This document shows positions 52,534 through 64,000 of a DNA stretch of 64,000 nucleotides, piece after piece. The notes under the pieces were generated by a model that was given only the letters and a program-made list of their open reading frames with translations, searched no databases and was not told where the DNA came from. Source of the stretch: Laetmonice hystrix (taxonomy: Eukaryota); assembly GCA_965235115.1 (NCBI GenBank), contig OZ249436.1, forward strand, positions 6,450,001 through 6,514,000, in the 5' to 3' direction. Both the position numbers and the translations under genes were made by a program. Positions within the stretch are counted from its first letter, which is position 1. The number at the start of each line of letters is the position of its first letter.

Positions 52534-53642
52534 AACAGTTCCCACCGGCCATAACGGCCGCGATCAGCGCTCATCAATGCCCGATCCCCACAGGCTTTGG
52601 CTGAGATTGTTCGAGCTCTCATCTACCTCCTACGCCTTTTTGCTTACACTTCAGTGAGATGTGGCACTGATCAAGATTTAGTTGAGTACCTCTAACGACA
52701 CGCTCAGGAATTATAAGCGGAGTGAGCCAGATTAAAGATCTAACCATGTCTCAAGCGAAACACTGGAGAACTTTACACGATATTACAAGAGTTTACTCAA
52801 ATACCAACGGATCAGAAGTTTTGAAAGGAGACTAGACCCGAAGTAGTGGCATACAGAAATGCTTCAATTTATGTTTTTATAGTTTATATTTATATTTGTA
52901 TGGTTCATATATAGTCTGCATCGTCTATATAGCCGGTCCCACCAGACCGAATTTCCTCCCATCATTTTTTCATTCGGTTCAGATCAGTTGTATATCGGTG
53001 GGTGGTATCTGGATGTAAGGGATGTTGAATAACATGCCGTGAGAGATATTATGTACGGATTCCCCAATGGGTGGTTCATAATATATAGGCACGAGACCAT
53101 GTGGAATTGTGCATGTTCCTGAAGGATGTGTCTGGGGGAGGCAAACAGATCTGTCAAGATTAGAGGCTTGAATGAGACCTTTCTGGGAATGAATCGCGCA
53201 TTCCAGCACAACCAAAAACACGAAAGCAGGCCCCAAGGACTCGAGCACAGAGATGTTATATGGTCTTTTGTCCTCTATGGGTGTTTCAAAAACAAATAAA
53301 GTTATGGTAAAATAGTTTTTAAATATCTTTTCACAGCATGGTCACTGTTGCCATATCATGTAGGGACATAAAATATTTGTATCTGTTCTTAATCGCAAAG
53401 TATTTTCATTTTCAAAAATTAAGAGGTAGTAAGTGGGATAATGTCAATAACGTTTTGGCGTACCTTATGAATGCATTTGTAAGAAAGATTAAAATAGGAG
53501 CAGATAATCATTTGTCATTTTTAGGTTATTATTGTGGTGTCGATAGTGGTAGGCACTTGCCGAAATTCTGCCCAGGACCTTGTACCTGTACATTGTCTTG
53601 CACTTGGAATGAACAGGGAGAGTCAAATGTTGCCGCCAATTG

Positions 53643-54186
53643 TACCGATAATTGTACTGGCTGTTTCAGGGAGGTTGAGGCAGGCTGGTCCTGTGTCCGA
53701 TAATTGTACGGTGTGTTTCAGGGAGGTTGAGGCAGGCTGGTCCTGTACCCGATAATTGTACGGTGTGTTTGAGGGAGGTTGAGGCAGGCTGGTCCTGTAC
53801 CCGATAATTGTACGGTGTGTTTCCGGGAGGTTGAGGCAGGCTGGTCCTGTACCCGATAATTGTACGGTGTGTTTCCGGGAGATTGAGGCAGGCTGGTCCT
53901 GTACCCGATAATTGTACGGTGTGTTTCAGGGAGGTTGAGGCAGGCTGGTCCTGTACATGATAATTGTACGGTATGTTTCAGGGAGGTTGAGGCAGGCTGG
54001 TCCTGTACCCGATAATTGTACGGTGTGTTTCAGGGAGGTTGAGGCAGTCTGGTCCTGTATCCGATAATTGTACTAGGTGTTTCAGGGAGGTTGAGGCAGG
54101 CTGGTCCTGTACCCGATAATTGTACGGGGTGTTTCAGGGAGGTTGAGGCAGGCTGGTCCTGTACCCGACAATAGTGTACGGTGTGT
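53643..54186. repeat. 52-bp minisatellite, ~10 copies
   Basis: Unit GATAATTGTACGGTGTGTTTCAGGGAGGTTGAGGCAGGCTGGTCCTGTACCC. Confidence 0.96.
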
Positions 54187-54489
54187 CTCAGAGAGGTTGA
54201 TGCCCGGGTGACTTTACCAGAGTAAAGAGCTTGGTGAGGATGTGCGGTTGTGGAAATGTTTCAGCCGTCAGGAGAACGTCGGAGTAATGGTTTCCAGGTG
54301 TTGATATTTGACACACCTGTGGACGAGGTGGGAACAGGTTCGTTCCTGACATCAAAGTGGTAGGAGAAGGCTGACCCAAGTTTGGGAGAGATTACCCGAG
54401 AACGACCCACTTACAATACACGTGACATCTTGTATACCTCTCCTTTCATCTCCTCATAACTCTGAGTTTGTTTCTGGTTTCATCAGGTG

Positions 54490-54536
54490 GGCAATAGGCT
54501 CGACCTTTCCACGGCAATAGGCTCGACCTTTCCACG
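54490..54536. repeat. 23-bp tandem duplication
   Basis: GGCAATAGGCTCGACCTTTCCAC occurs twice in tandem. Confidence 0.85.
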
Positions 54537-54735
54537 AACAATATCCCTAGCACAAGTTGATGAATGGCTTCATGGGTTCTGGAGATGACTGACACTCGAT
54601 CTGTCCGCTTTGATCACAAGACATAACTTTCAGTTTGTGCTGTCCTTCTTTAGTTTCCCGTTACCATGTTGTGCTGTATCCTTCTGTTTATTCTGTCTCA
54701 TGTTGTATTGTATTTAATATTTTGTGTTTATCTGC

Positions 54736-54890
54736 CAGGGCCGTGCGCAGCCTAGAATTGCCGGGGGACAGACCTAGGTTCAGAAGGGTACCGTGGTCAT
54801 AAGGACGAATTCACACCCTTATAAAGGGCACCTGCTCGTCAAACAGGGCACTTTTCGCCATGATTATTGGGGGGCATCTAGCCCCCGCCA
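54736..54890 (+). mobile_element. Short dispersed repeat (MITE-like), copy 2
   Basis: Homologous to 12425-12595. It starts CAGGGCCGTGCGCAGCC. Confidence 0.7.
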
Positions 54891-57800
54891 TGCGACCTTT
54901 TCCGTTCTCCAATGCGGCACGAACAATGTTGGCGGAGTTGGCTGTAATCAGAATGCGAAATATTGCACGATCCAGAAAACGTAAAGCGATCGGGAATAAC
55001 TAGAAACGTGATACAGATGGTTAGGTACGGGCAAGACTTAGCCGTTTTGATGACATTGGACGGATTACGGACAGGGAGGTCTTCGACGACATTCGTATGT
55101 CGTTCTGGCAAAAAGATCATGCATTGGTCAGTTCTATCCTTCAGTACGACACATGATAGTTGGTCGTGGTAAGGAATAACTGATCTGGTTATTTGTTCAT
55201 GTGGAGAAATTCCCATGATTTTCCTACCATTGAAGTGGGGTAAAAAGGACCATGTGACGTCAGCGCTGCTGGTCTGCCAGCTTTTCTATTGGATTCCCTC
55301 GTCATCTTTCTTCTGTGTCCTTCATATTTCATCGTGTTCTTGGGTTCCTTCGGTCATTTAGCAATATCCCGACTTCCAATCATGCATTACGTGTCTTCTG
55401 CAGTGGAAATGTTTATACCATTCTCGTTCCAACCTCCACTCTCCCAAATTTTCACCCTAATGATTTCTTGGATGTTGACGGTCGTGTACGGTTGACCTTG
55501 ATGTCAAGTGTAAAACCTGAGTGTGTCCACAGACTCTCGGTACAGCGAGCACCTGCTGCCTCCGAGCGGTTCCCGCAGGACTAACCTGAGTGGTCCTCAT
55601 CAGTGAGCCCTCTCATCATTGTCTCTCCCCACTCAGTGAACATCACAACCATATTTTCACCGGCAGACCTGTTGACCCCAATTAGGCAGCAGCCATTAGT
55701 ATAACTGTGCCTCTGGACGCTTCCCGCTCCAGCTCCAGAATCCTGCAGGAGACCAGGAGCTAGGTGCTTTTAGTACCCGTCTGACCCTATTCCCAGACAC
55801 TGACCCTCCATCATCCATGCTGCTTTATTACAGTTTTTTTTAAGTGGTCGGCACGTTTTGAATAGATGCCGAGTTGCCATGTAATAGGATTCAGGTACGT
55901 ACTTCTGCCCAGAGGGATATGCTGTTGTAATGGTAACCATCAGTCGCACTGTAGAATTTCTTTTTCAATATTTTATCATCAAACTGTACATTCTATGAGA
56001 AAAAGAGCATGTCGTTTCAGAGATAGAAGTTTTTAACTGATTGCTATTGGTTGGCGGTATTATCTGGTCTCCTTGCGGTAAGAGAATAAACAGCTGCCGA
56101 TAATAGAGTTTACCTAAGTGGGTTCAGGCAAGACAACTATTATAACCCGACGGTTTTCACGAAGAATGGTATGGGTAATGTTATTTGATAGCTAGTGCTT
56201 ACTCGGCTTATTTTCTCATCTATAAACTCCTTACCAAACTGAGTGGCCTGGATATATAAATTGTTTCCACATCTAATTCGAGACGACAGCCTCATAAGTT
56301 AATCCCGCATTTGAAATATTACACCTTGTGTATCTTTTTATATTATCCGTCGATATTTGTTCTTATATATAAGAGAGGGCAGTCGGGGTCATTGGAAGAT
56401 GAGTCAGAGTAATAAACGTTTTATGATTGAAGTGGAGTTTGAACTGATGAATACACCCACACTCCCCTGTACAGAGTAAGAATGCACTGCGCTGCTGCTG
56501 GCTTCACTATGCGTGTCCTAAATACGGATTTTTGAATTTGACTTGAGAGGAAATTGTTTGTGGCGTATGCGATATGGATGGTTGAAGTGCTCCGTAGTTT
56601 ACTCCCACAATGACAGACAATTTCCCCACATCATTGAAAAGTTTCTGCTTTAAGTGTAACGACAAAAGCTTCAGATAATTGATGAACAGATGCGAGACTT
56701 GTCGCCACTATCTGAGGCATTTTGTGGCAATACCAATTCGCTGAGTACACAAGGGGCATTTCAAGGGCGGTTAGCCTTCCCTTCTTTGAAACTGGATCTG
56801 CGCTGTAACGAAATGAAAATTTTCTAATTTACCGGGCGTTTCTAGGGCTGCCATAGCTACTATGTTCAAGCCTGTTGGCATATTTAAAAACTAGCATTGT
56901 GTTAACCAAATCGATCTCGATTCAGTGTTAGATTAGTGGCTTGTATTGTTGTTTGTTCTAAAACATATACGCGTACGTAGGTTTTGATATGTTTTAAGAT
57001 TATGGTCATGAATGGACAGAATTGAGGACAATAATATTATACCACTCGACCTTAATACACCATGATGTAGTAGGTGAATGTTGTCCAGAATGAAGGAAAG
57101 AAATGACGCAGTAATCTGTCTGTGGCTTCAATCCTGAATCTCTTTCTATGTAGGAGAACAATGGGCACAATTACTGATCTCATTGTAGCCCATTCTCATA
57201 TTTCCCCCGTGTTCAACACTGACGAAAAAATGCAATGAATATTCAAGCGCAGTTTAATTCAATCTGTAGATATGGCCTTACTCTATACATGAAGTTTGTT
57301 TTGTTTTGAGTACATCGTATTCATAGCACGACTGTTGTTTAGACATCAGAAGATACCTAAAGCAGGGGCAACATTTATACCTAGACCAGAGATTCTCCAG
57401 AACCGCTGTTACCATGGTGATTTAGAGCAGATGGAGGTATCAATGAGGGTTTGAATAATTTTAGTGTACAGTATTTGGCTCACTGAAAGCTCGGTAACAG
57501 GTTACTGTCCCTCCAAGATACCATTTAGCCGACGGCGGTAAATGTTTGGTTGAGTATTGATGGGCCACCACCCAGTTAAACCACCGTGTTTAAAAGCATT
57601 ACGTTACATAGAAGATGGTATGGCCTGTCGGCTTTGAGGAACATTCCAATCTCTGGGGAGGTAATATGAACAAACGGACTCCCTTTAAAAATATTGTTCC
57701 CTCATAAAGAGTTTTAAAGACGCACATTGGTTGAAGTCTGTTATTTGTAACAAATTACAAACCAGATATTTTGGCAAGTGGTGTGGAATGACGGGATGTG

Positions 57801-58166
57801 AAAGAATTAATAAAAATTGCAACATCTTAAAAATCCCTTTTCTCTTTTGATTGAAATCCTATCAACCCATGTGTAAAATAACTTAACCCCCAGTCACGGT
57901 CAAAAGTCGCATCACTTTACAGTCTTGCCTTCGAGCCAGGAAACTAATTCACCAAAAGGTTGGCTTGGGTGGGAAACTGGATCGACTAGTAGTGACACAG
58001 ACACGTGTGAGACTGCTGGAGATTTCTTCTTGTACTTGTGAAGATCAAAGCGACTGGCTGGCAGCAAGTAGTAAACAAGGTCTTCTCACTGCCACGTCTT
58101 CCTTTGGAGCGAGAACGCATCCCCTTGAGTCCCCGAGTTGGTCAGACTCAGCCGTCGGGTCTGTCA

Positions 58167-58491
58167 TCCACATTCAGACTGCTATGAGGTCAGTAACCCA
58201 CTCTGAACCATCTCCACATTCAGACTGCCATGAGGTCAGTAACCCACTCTGAACCAACTCCACATTCAGACTGCTATGAGGTCAGTAACCCACTCTGAAC
58301 CATCTCCACATCCAGACTGCTATGAGGTCAGTAACCCACTCTGAACCAACTCCACATTCAGACTGCTATGAGGTCAGTAACCCACTCTGAACCATCTCCA
58401 CATTCAGACTGCTATGAGGTCAGTAACCCACTCTGAACCATCTCCACATTCAGACTGCTATGAGGTCAGTAACCCACTCTGAACCAACTCC
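58167..58491. repeat. 46-bp minisatellite, ~7 copies
   Basis: Unit TCCACATTCAGACTGCTATGAGGTCAGTAACCCACTCTGAACCATC. Confidence 0.95.
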
Positions 58492-61400
58492 TGACCGAGT
58501 ATTTCATTCTCCATACGTCTCTCGTGAGAGTTAGGATTAAGTAGTATATACAATGTCTGTCACATTTCCGAACCAGTTAGTCAGACGTGATAACCATATG
58601 AAATCTTGCGCAGAGAGCAGATTATAAAGTTTGGTTTGTTTGTGAGCGCCACCTCTGGAGGGAAAGATAGACTGTCTTAAGGGGACCACAGATAGAAGTG
58701 TCCTAGAAGGTACAGCCCCTGGCCTGCTGAATTTCGTATAGACCTTGGCTCCTTTGCGTAACCGTTTGAGGGGGTTAGAGTTGAAATCCTTTGGACATAG
58801 TATGAATTATGGTCTGCTGACACAAGTTGAAGGGGAATGTGGTGGTATCTCGAGGGACAAACTGCCATTGTTGCTGGAGAGGATACCGGTATTTAGATTT
58901 TCCTATTAGCACTATACCAGTGGAGGATTATCTCGCTCGCTTTATGGCTAATCTCAATGAAATTATAGCAGAATGTGTTGATGGATGGCAAAGCTTACAA
59001 AATGCCTCTACTCATCATCTACAATCAGTGCTACAAGGTTATCTTGGTGTCCCAGTCTTTGTGTCGGTGATAAGAACATTCAAAATGAGCTAAAGTGATG
59101 AAGACCGCAAGTCTTTCATTGTGGTCACACTTCAGATTTGATAACGTAGTACTTTGTCAAGACTTGAAAACATTGTCGAAGCGCTATGGATGGGAAGACT
59201 TTGATTGCTCGAGACCCAAGGGGGGCTGTGAATACTGCTGGTGTTCGGAGTAGCACAGCTCGGTTTTCTTCCAAGCTGACATTTTTCATTATCATGCTCA
59301 GCCAATTGCCGCGGTATGTAAGCCTCACAAGAGTCTAACACTTGCCTCCTGCAACAGTAGTTTGAATGAAGATTAAGCTGAGTGTAGTTAATGGGGCTGG
59401 TGTTGTTAGACACGCAGTCTTACTCTAGCTCTGGTCTCGTCGTGGTCAGCAGGCCTGGCTGACAGACAGCGCCCTCTAGGGACGAAGCAGCCGCTATTTC
59501 AGCTGGAACACGCCAATCAATACACAGTTTGCCAAGTTATTTGGGACATTTCTTCTAGGCAGATGGCATGCCCTACACCCATATGGTTCGTTCCGCCGTG
59601 AGAGCACATTTCATGGACGAATAATCTAAGAAATGGACTTTTCTGCCAGCGCAAAAACCAGCAGAAATGCTGCAGGTTAGATACAGCAATGGAAGGATTG
59701 GGGGAAATGGAGGGGCTGTGATTACTTCATACACATGGGCAGGCGGCCACTTCATCCTCATGAATAATTGAAACCCCTTTGTCTCATCGTACATTTCGTT
59801 GGAAGGCGAAAAATTATAGATGGTATTTGATTCCTAGTCAGAATCAATAAACATCAACAAGAATTTGAAGTTTCTTGAAAACTTGCCTTCCCAGGGGACA
59901 TATTCGGGGCATGGTTCCCAAGGATTTCGCATCCTGTGAATATATCGTTGGTTGTCCATAACTCCAAAGTCTCCTCAACCTAATGGTAGACAGCTCAGGT
60001 ACCTCAAGCACCTTCCCAAGTCAAGATTCCTTTGGGCTCGCCATAATACCTCAGTTATTTATCAGTGCCAGACCCGGGGGAAGCAGTATGAATATTTTTG
60101 ACCCGAGGAAAAGAACTTGCCAGGTTTATGAGCCTTATGGAAGTTATAGCCCGTAGAGATACTGGCTACAGCACCATGCTGCGATATACGTTTTAAAACA
60201 TATTAAAAGACAGAAATGGGACTATTTAATGAGGTCTTCTGAGATTGAATACTTGCGTCTCAATTTTAAACGGATCATGCATCCACTGTTAACCCTCGTT
60301 TCCATTTGTATGGTAGAAGTACAGCCGCCTCATAATATTCGCTCACTATTATGGAAGTTCTGTTATTAATATTCTTTTTTTCTTTCTCCCCTTACACTTT
60401 TTTTCTCGGTGGAAATGTTACTTCAATACCAAGAGTAAACCCGTACAACAGTGTTTCTCAAAAAGTCCGTGGATAAACTGGTTGTACGTTGACAGTAAGT
60501 AAGTAAGTATGTATGTCGTTATGTCCTGCACATAACGTGATGGAGCACACTGCAGGAAGTCAGTTTTCTTTGGTTTCTTCGTGTCTTCTCCGTAAAATTC
60601 CATGTGTACATCAATACAACAATAGGGATGGCGCGTACCTCTCGAATCATAAATCATACATTGGAACGATTTCAATAGAGTAACCAAGGATTTTACTTTC
60701 TTTATGATTGAGAGTGGAAAGTACTTTTATGGTTTGAAATGAAAACCAGTATTGAGGTATTCTAGCATCGAGCAGGAGTTGCAGATTGAAGTAGTTTGTC
60801 GAGTGAATGGACGGGTACCGGGACGAAAGCTCCGTCTAATGTATGGTATTATCCGTTTACAAGCTGAGATATAAAGCTTACCGATGTATAAAGTGGCACA
60901 ACTTATCACTTAAGGCTGGGATAACATTGGCATCACTCATCATTGGCGTCGAGATGCCTTCATATGGTAACTATCTGCTCTTTGAAAGGTTCCATCAAAC
61001 TCTCAGCCAATGATAAATGAGTATTCACTCTTAAAATACCATCATGGTAATACGCAAGGTAGCTCAAGCTGGGCACAACACGACACGGGCGAGCTTCCAA
61101 ATGTCCATACCCGTATTCACTCAGCCACATTAGACGACGCCATTTTCTAAACCGCGCCATTACTGTCAAATCTTTAAGTAATGAAAAGATTTCCAGAAGC
61201 AATGTCATTAAGCTTTTCTTGTGAACCATGCAGGTGCCAAGGACACTGGGCACTATCGTTTACTTTCATCGAACGCAAACTGTATAATGACATGAGATTG
61301 AAGGAAAACTAGGAAAACTAGGAAAACTGGCAGGCGTGGAGATGAGGTGTGAATTCACATCAGTGAATAACTGCAACGTTCGAACTGGAATCTATAAAAA

Positions 61401-61547
61401 TCTGCACGTCAGAAGTATTTATTCACCGTGTATGGCAAGGTTACATGAAAATATTTAAATTAACCTCAATATCACTGATCTTGTGGAGTCTTTTGTTCCA
61501 CTTTTCTTTGGTGCTCACTCGTATGAGATGACCTTCTAGTGGGCCGT

Positions 61548-61607
61548 GGTATCCAGGTATCCAGGTATCCAGGTATCCAGGTATCCAGGTATCCAGGTAT
61601 CCAGGTA
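61548..61607. repeat. (GGTATCCA)7 octamer repeat
   Basis: Read directly from the sequence. Confidence 0.95.
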
Positions 61608-61691
61608 GGGTGCTTTGTACGGCTTCATGTTTCTTTCGTTTAAGTTTGATCAGAGGAACGGTCTTCTAAGTAAATAGTGACCGGAAAACTG

Positions 61692-62331
61692 GAACTGAGA
61701 ATGTGATTTTATCAAATTGATACCGTGGGGTTTCATGTGAATGTCTGTTACGTTGAGAACTGAGAATGTGATTTTATCAAATTGATACCGTGGGGTTTCA
61801 TGTTAATGTCTGTTACGTTGAGAACTGAGAATGTGATTTTATCAAATTGATACCGTGGGGTTTCATGTGAATGTCTGTTACGTTGAGAACTGAGAATGTG
61901 ATTTTATCAAATTGATACCGTGGGGTTTCATGTGAATGTCTGTTACGTTGAGAACTGAGAATGTGATTTTATCAAATTGATACCGTGGGGTTTCATGTGA
62001 ATGTCTGTTACGTTGAGAACTGAGAATGTGATTTTATCAAATTGATACCGTGGGGTTTCATGTGAATGTCTGTTACGTTGAGAACTGAGAATGTGATTTT
62101 ATCAAATTAATACCGTGGGGTTTCATGTGAATGTCTGTTACGTTGAGAACTGAGAATGTGATTTTATCAAATTGATACTGTGGGGTTTCATGTGAATGTC
62201 TGTTACGTTGAGAACTGAGAATGTGATTTTATCAAATTGATACCGTGGGGTTTCATGTGAATGTCTGTTACGTTGAGAACTGAGAATGCGATTTTATCAA
62301 ATTGATACCGTGGGGTTTTATGTGAATGTCT
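61692..62331. repeat. 65-bp minisatellite, ~10 copies
   Basis: Unit GAACTGAGAATGTGATTTTATCAAATTGATACCGTGGGGTTTCATGTGAATGTCTGTTACGTTGA. Confidence 0.96.
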
Positions 62332-62336
62332 CTTAC

Positions 62337-62393
62337 CTTGGCCGCCATGGCCCTAACGTGAACAAACTTGAAATAATTGGTTCCCCTTTCTGT
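62337..62393 (-). CDS. Candidate 57-nt spliced exon (TERGTNYFKFVHVRAMAAK, or a start exon encoding MAAK)
   Basis: On the minus strand: acceptor GTGTTTTTATTGTTTCTAG|, donor AAG|GTAAGA. The exon is open in phase 0 and contains GCCATGG in frame. Confidence 0.4.
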
Positions 62394-63386
62394 CTAGAAA
62401 CAATAAAAACACAGTTTGAAGCAGATTTGACGTAAGATAAAAATACTGAGATCTTTGTCATATAACATGGTGCGTGCCTCTGTCGCCGTCCTGAATACTG
62501 ATTGAGAAATTTACATACTTTGGTGACACTGTCCTGCCACGGTGACACATGCAACGGAAGATGGAGCGTGTGAACACTACTGGTACGAATAAAGAAAAGT
62601 GAGGGGGTTAAATTTCATCTCAATCTTCCTCGCCTTTCGATCCTCTTATGCATTATTCATAAACGTAACTGAATGGTTTTCTGGCCAGTGATCACAAACA
62701 TTCCCGCTGACCTGGAGGCCGAATTCGCAGTCAAAGAAATTGGTACTGTAATCTCATAAGTCGCACCTTGAGAGCGGTCCTGTTAATTGTTATAACTTCT
62801 AAACGGCTGGAGCTGGAGTCAGGCATAATTCGATTGACCTAGAGTACCGGTATTTGTAAAAAATACAAACTTATTTCATTACCCCAGATTGTAAAGTTGC
62901 GAACTAAAGGAACCTAGCGTAAGAATGTAATGTTAAAGATTGGGTATTTGTAAATGTGTCATTTGATCTTTTCTTGCTAATATTTAATAAGGTTTTGGTA
63001 AAGAGGTATTTTTTCAACTTTCTTTATTCATTTACCTTTTATTTTCAAACGTCGCTCCCATTCCCTTGGGTTCGGATGTTACCTTTAGCAATGACGTTAA
63101 CGTTGAAACAGATTTGGATGATTTTGTTAAGATTCAAACAGGATTTTGATGGATATTAATTTTCTAAAAAGAGATTTCTCAGATTTAATTGATTTTTTTA
63201 AGTTGCTTCTTTCGACTTTTCTCTTTCACAAATCCCCATTAATGAGCACTTGTTCGGTAAGCTTAAAGATGCCCAGGGTAATGTTACAGAATTGTATTTT
63301 CTCTGCCAACCTTTTGTTTCATCTACAATTATTTCATTTTGAAGATATTATAAAGCAAATTATGGAATTGACGTCGCTCTGCCTTC

Positions 63387-63776
63387 CATCAACGAATTGA
63401 TGGTACAGGTTCCTGTAAATAACGGAATAACGGCCATCAGCGGATTGATGGTACAGATTCCTGTAAATAACGGAATAACGGCCAAGTATCAACGAATTGA
63501 TGGTACAGGTTGCTGTAAATAACGGAATAACGGCCATCAGCGGATTGATGGTACAGGTTCTTGTAAATAACGGAATAACGGCCATCAGCGGATTGATGGT
63601 ACAGGTTCCTGTAAATAACGGAATAACGGCCATCAGCGGATTGATAGTACAGGTTCTTGTAAATAACGGAATAACGGCCATCAGCGGATTGATGGTACAG
63701 GTTCCTGTAAATAACGGAATAACGGCCATCAGCGGATTGATGGTACAGGTTCCTGTAAATAACGGAATAACGGCCA
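63387..63776. repeat. 48-bp minisatellite, ~8 copies
   Basis: Unit ATTGATGGTACAGGTTCCTGTAAATAACGGAATAACGGCCATCAGCGG. It explains ORFs 63334..63777 and 63497..63826. Confidence 0.95.
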
Positions 63777-64000
63777 AGTTTGGCGTCTATGGGACCAGGC
63801 CCCGGAGAGAAGCTGTGGAACTGTGAAACAGCACAATCTCGTGTCCATGGTGACAGACGCCACGTTTGACAACATCACAATTGATGAGGGGAAGCACTCA
63901 TGAAGGAAGGTCAAGGAGCTTGTTGACCCTGGAGGGGAAGACGTATTTCTGTAATCACTAGTAGATGTGAAAGGGTTGAGCTCCTGGGGTACCACCAACC

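Overview
Eukaryotic, gene-poor, repeat-rich DNA, most consistent with an invertebrate metazoan. This is inferred from the transposon types and splice signals, and I cannot name the taxon. I found no recognisable protein-coding gene, rRNA, tRNA or CRISPR array. Almost all long ORFs in the track are translations of tandem repeats. About 20 unrelated minisatellite arrays (units 8-117 bp) cover roughly 11 kb (~17%). Mobile elements include a complete-looking non-autonomous Helentron-type element (HINE/DINE-1-like, 33662-35242), several MITEs (one with an empty site next to a filled site) and a decayed L2/CR1 LINE 3' end. The window looks like a very long intron or intergenic region. The best leads are a candidate recursive-splicing ratchet point on + (TTTTTCAG|GTGAGT at 48053-48061), a clean 57-nt minus-strand exon containing a Kozak ATG, higher-order patterning in two minisatellites, a stem-rich 117-bp repeat inside a 207-aa ORF, and a cluster of GTCACGTGAC motifs. 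I do not see a novel multi-gene system that I can support.
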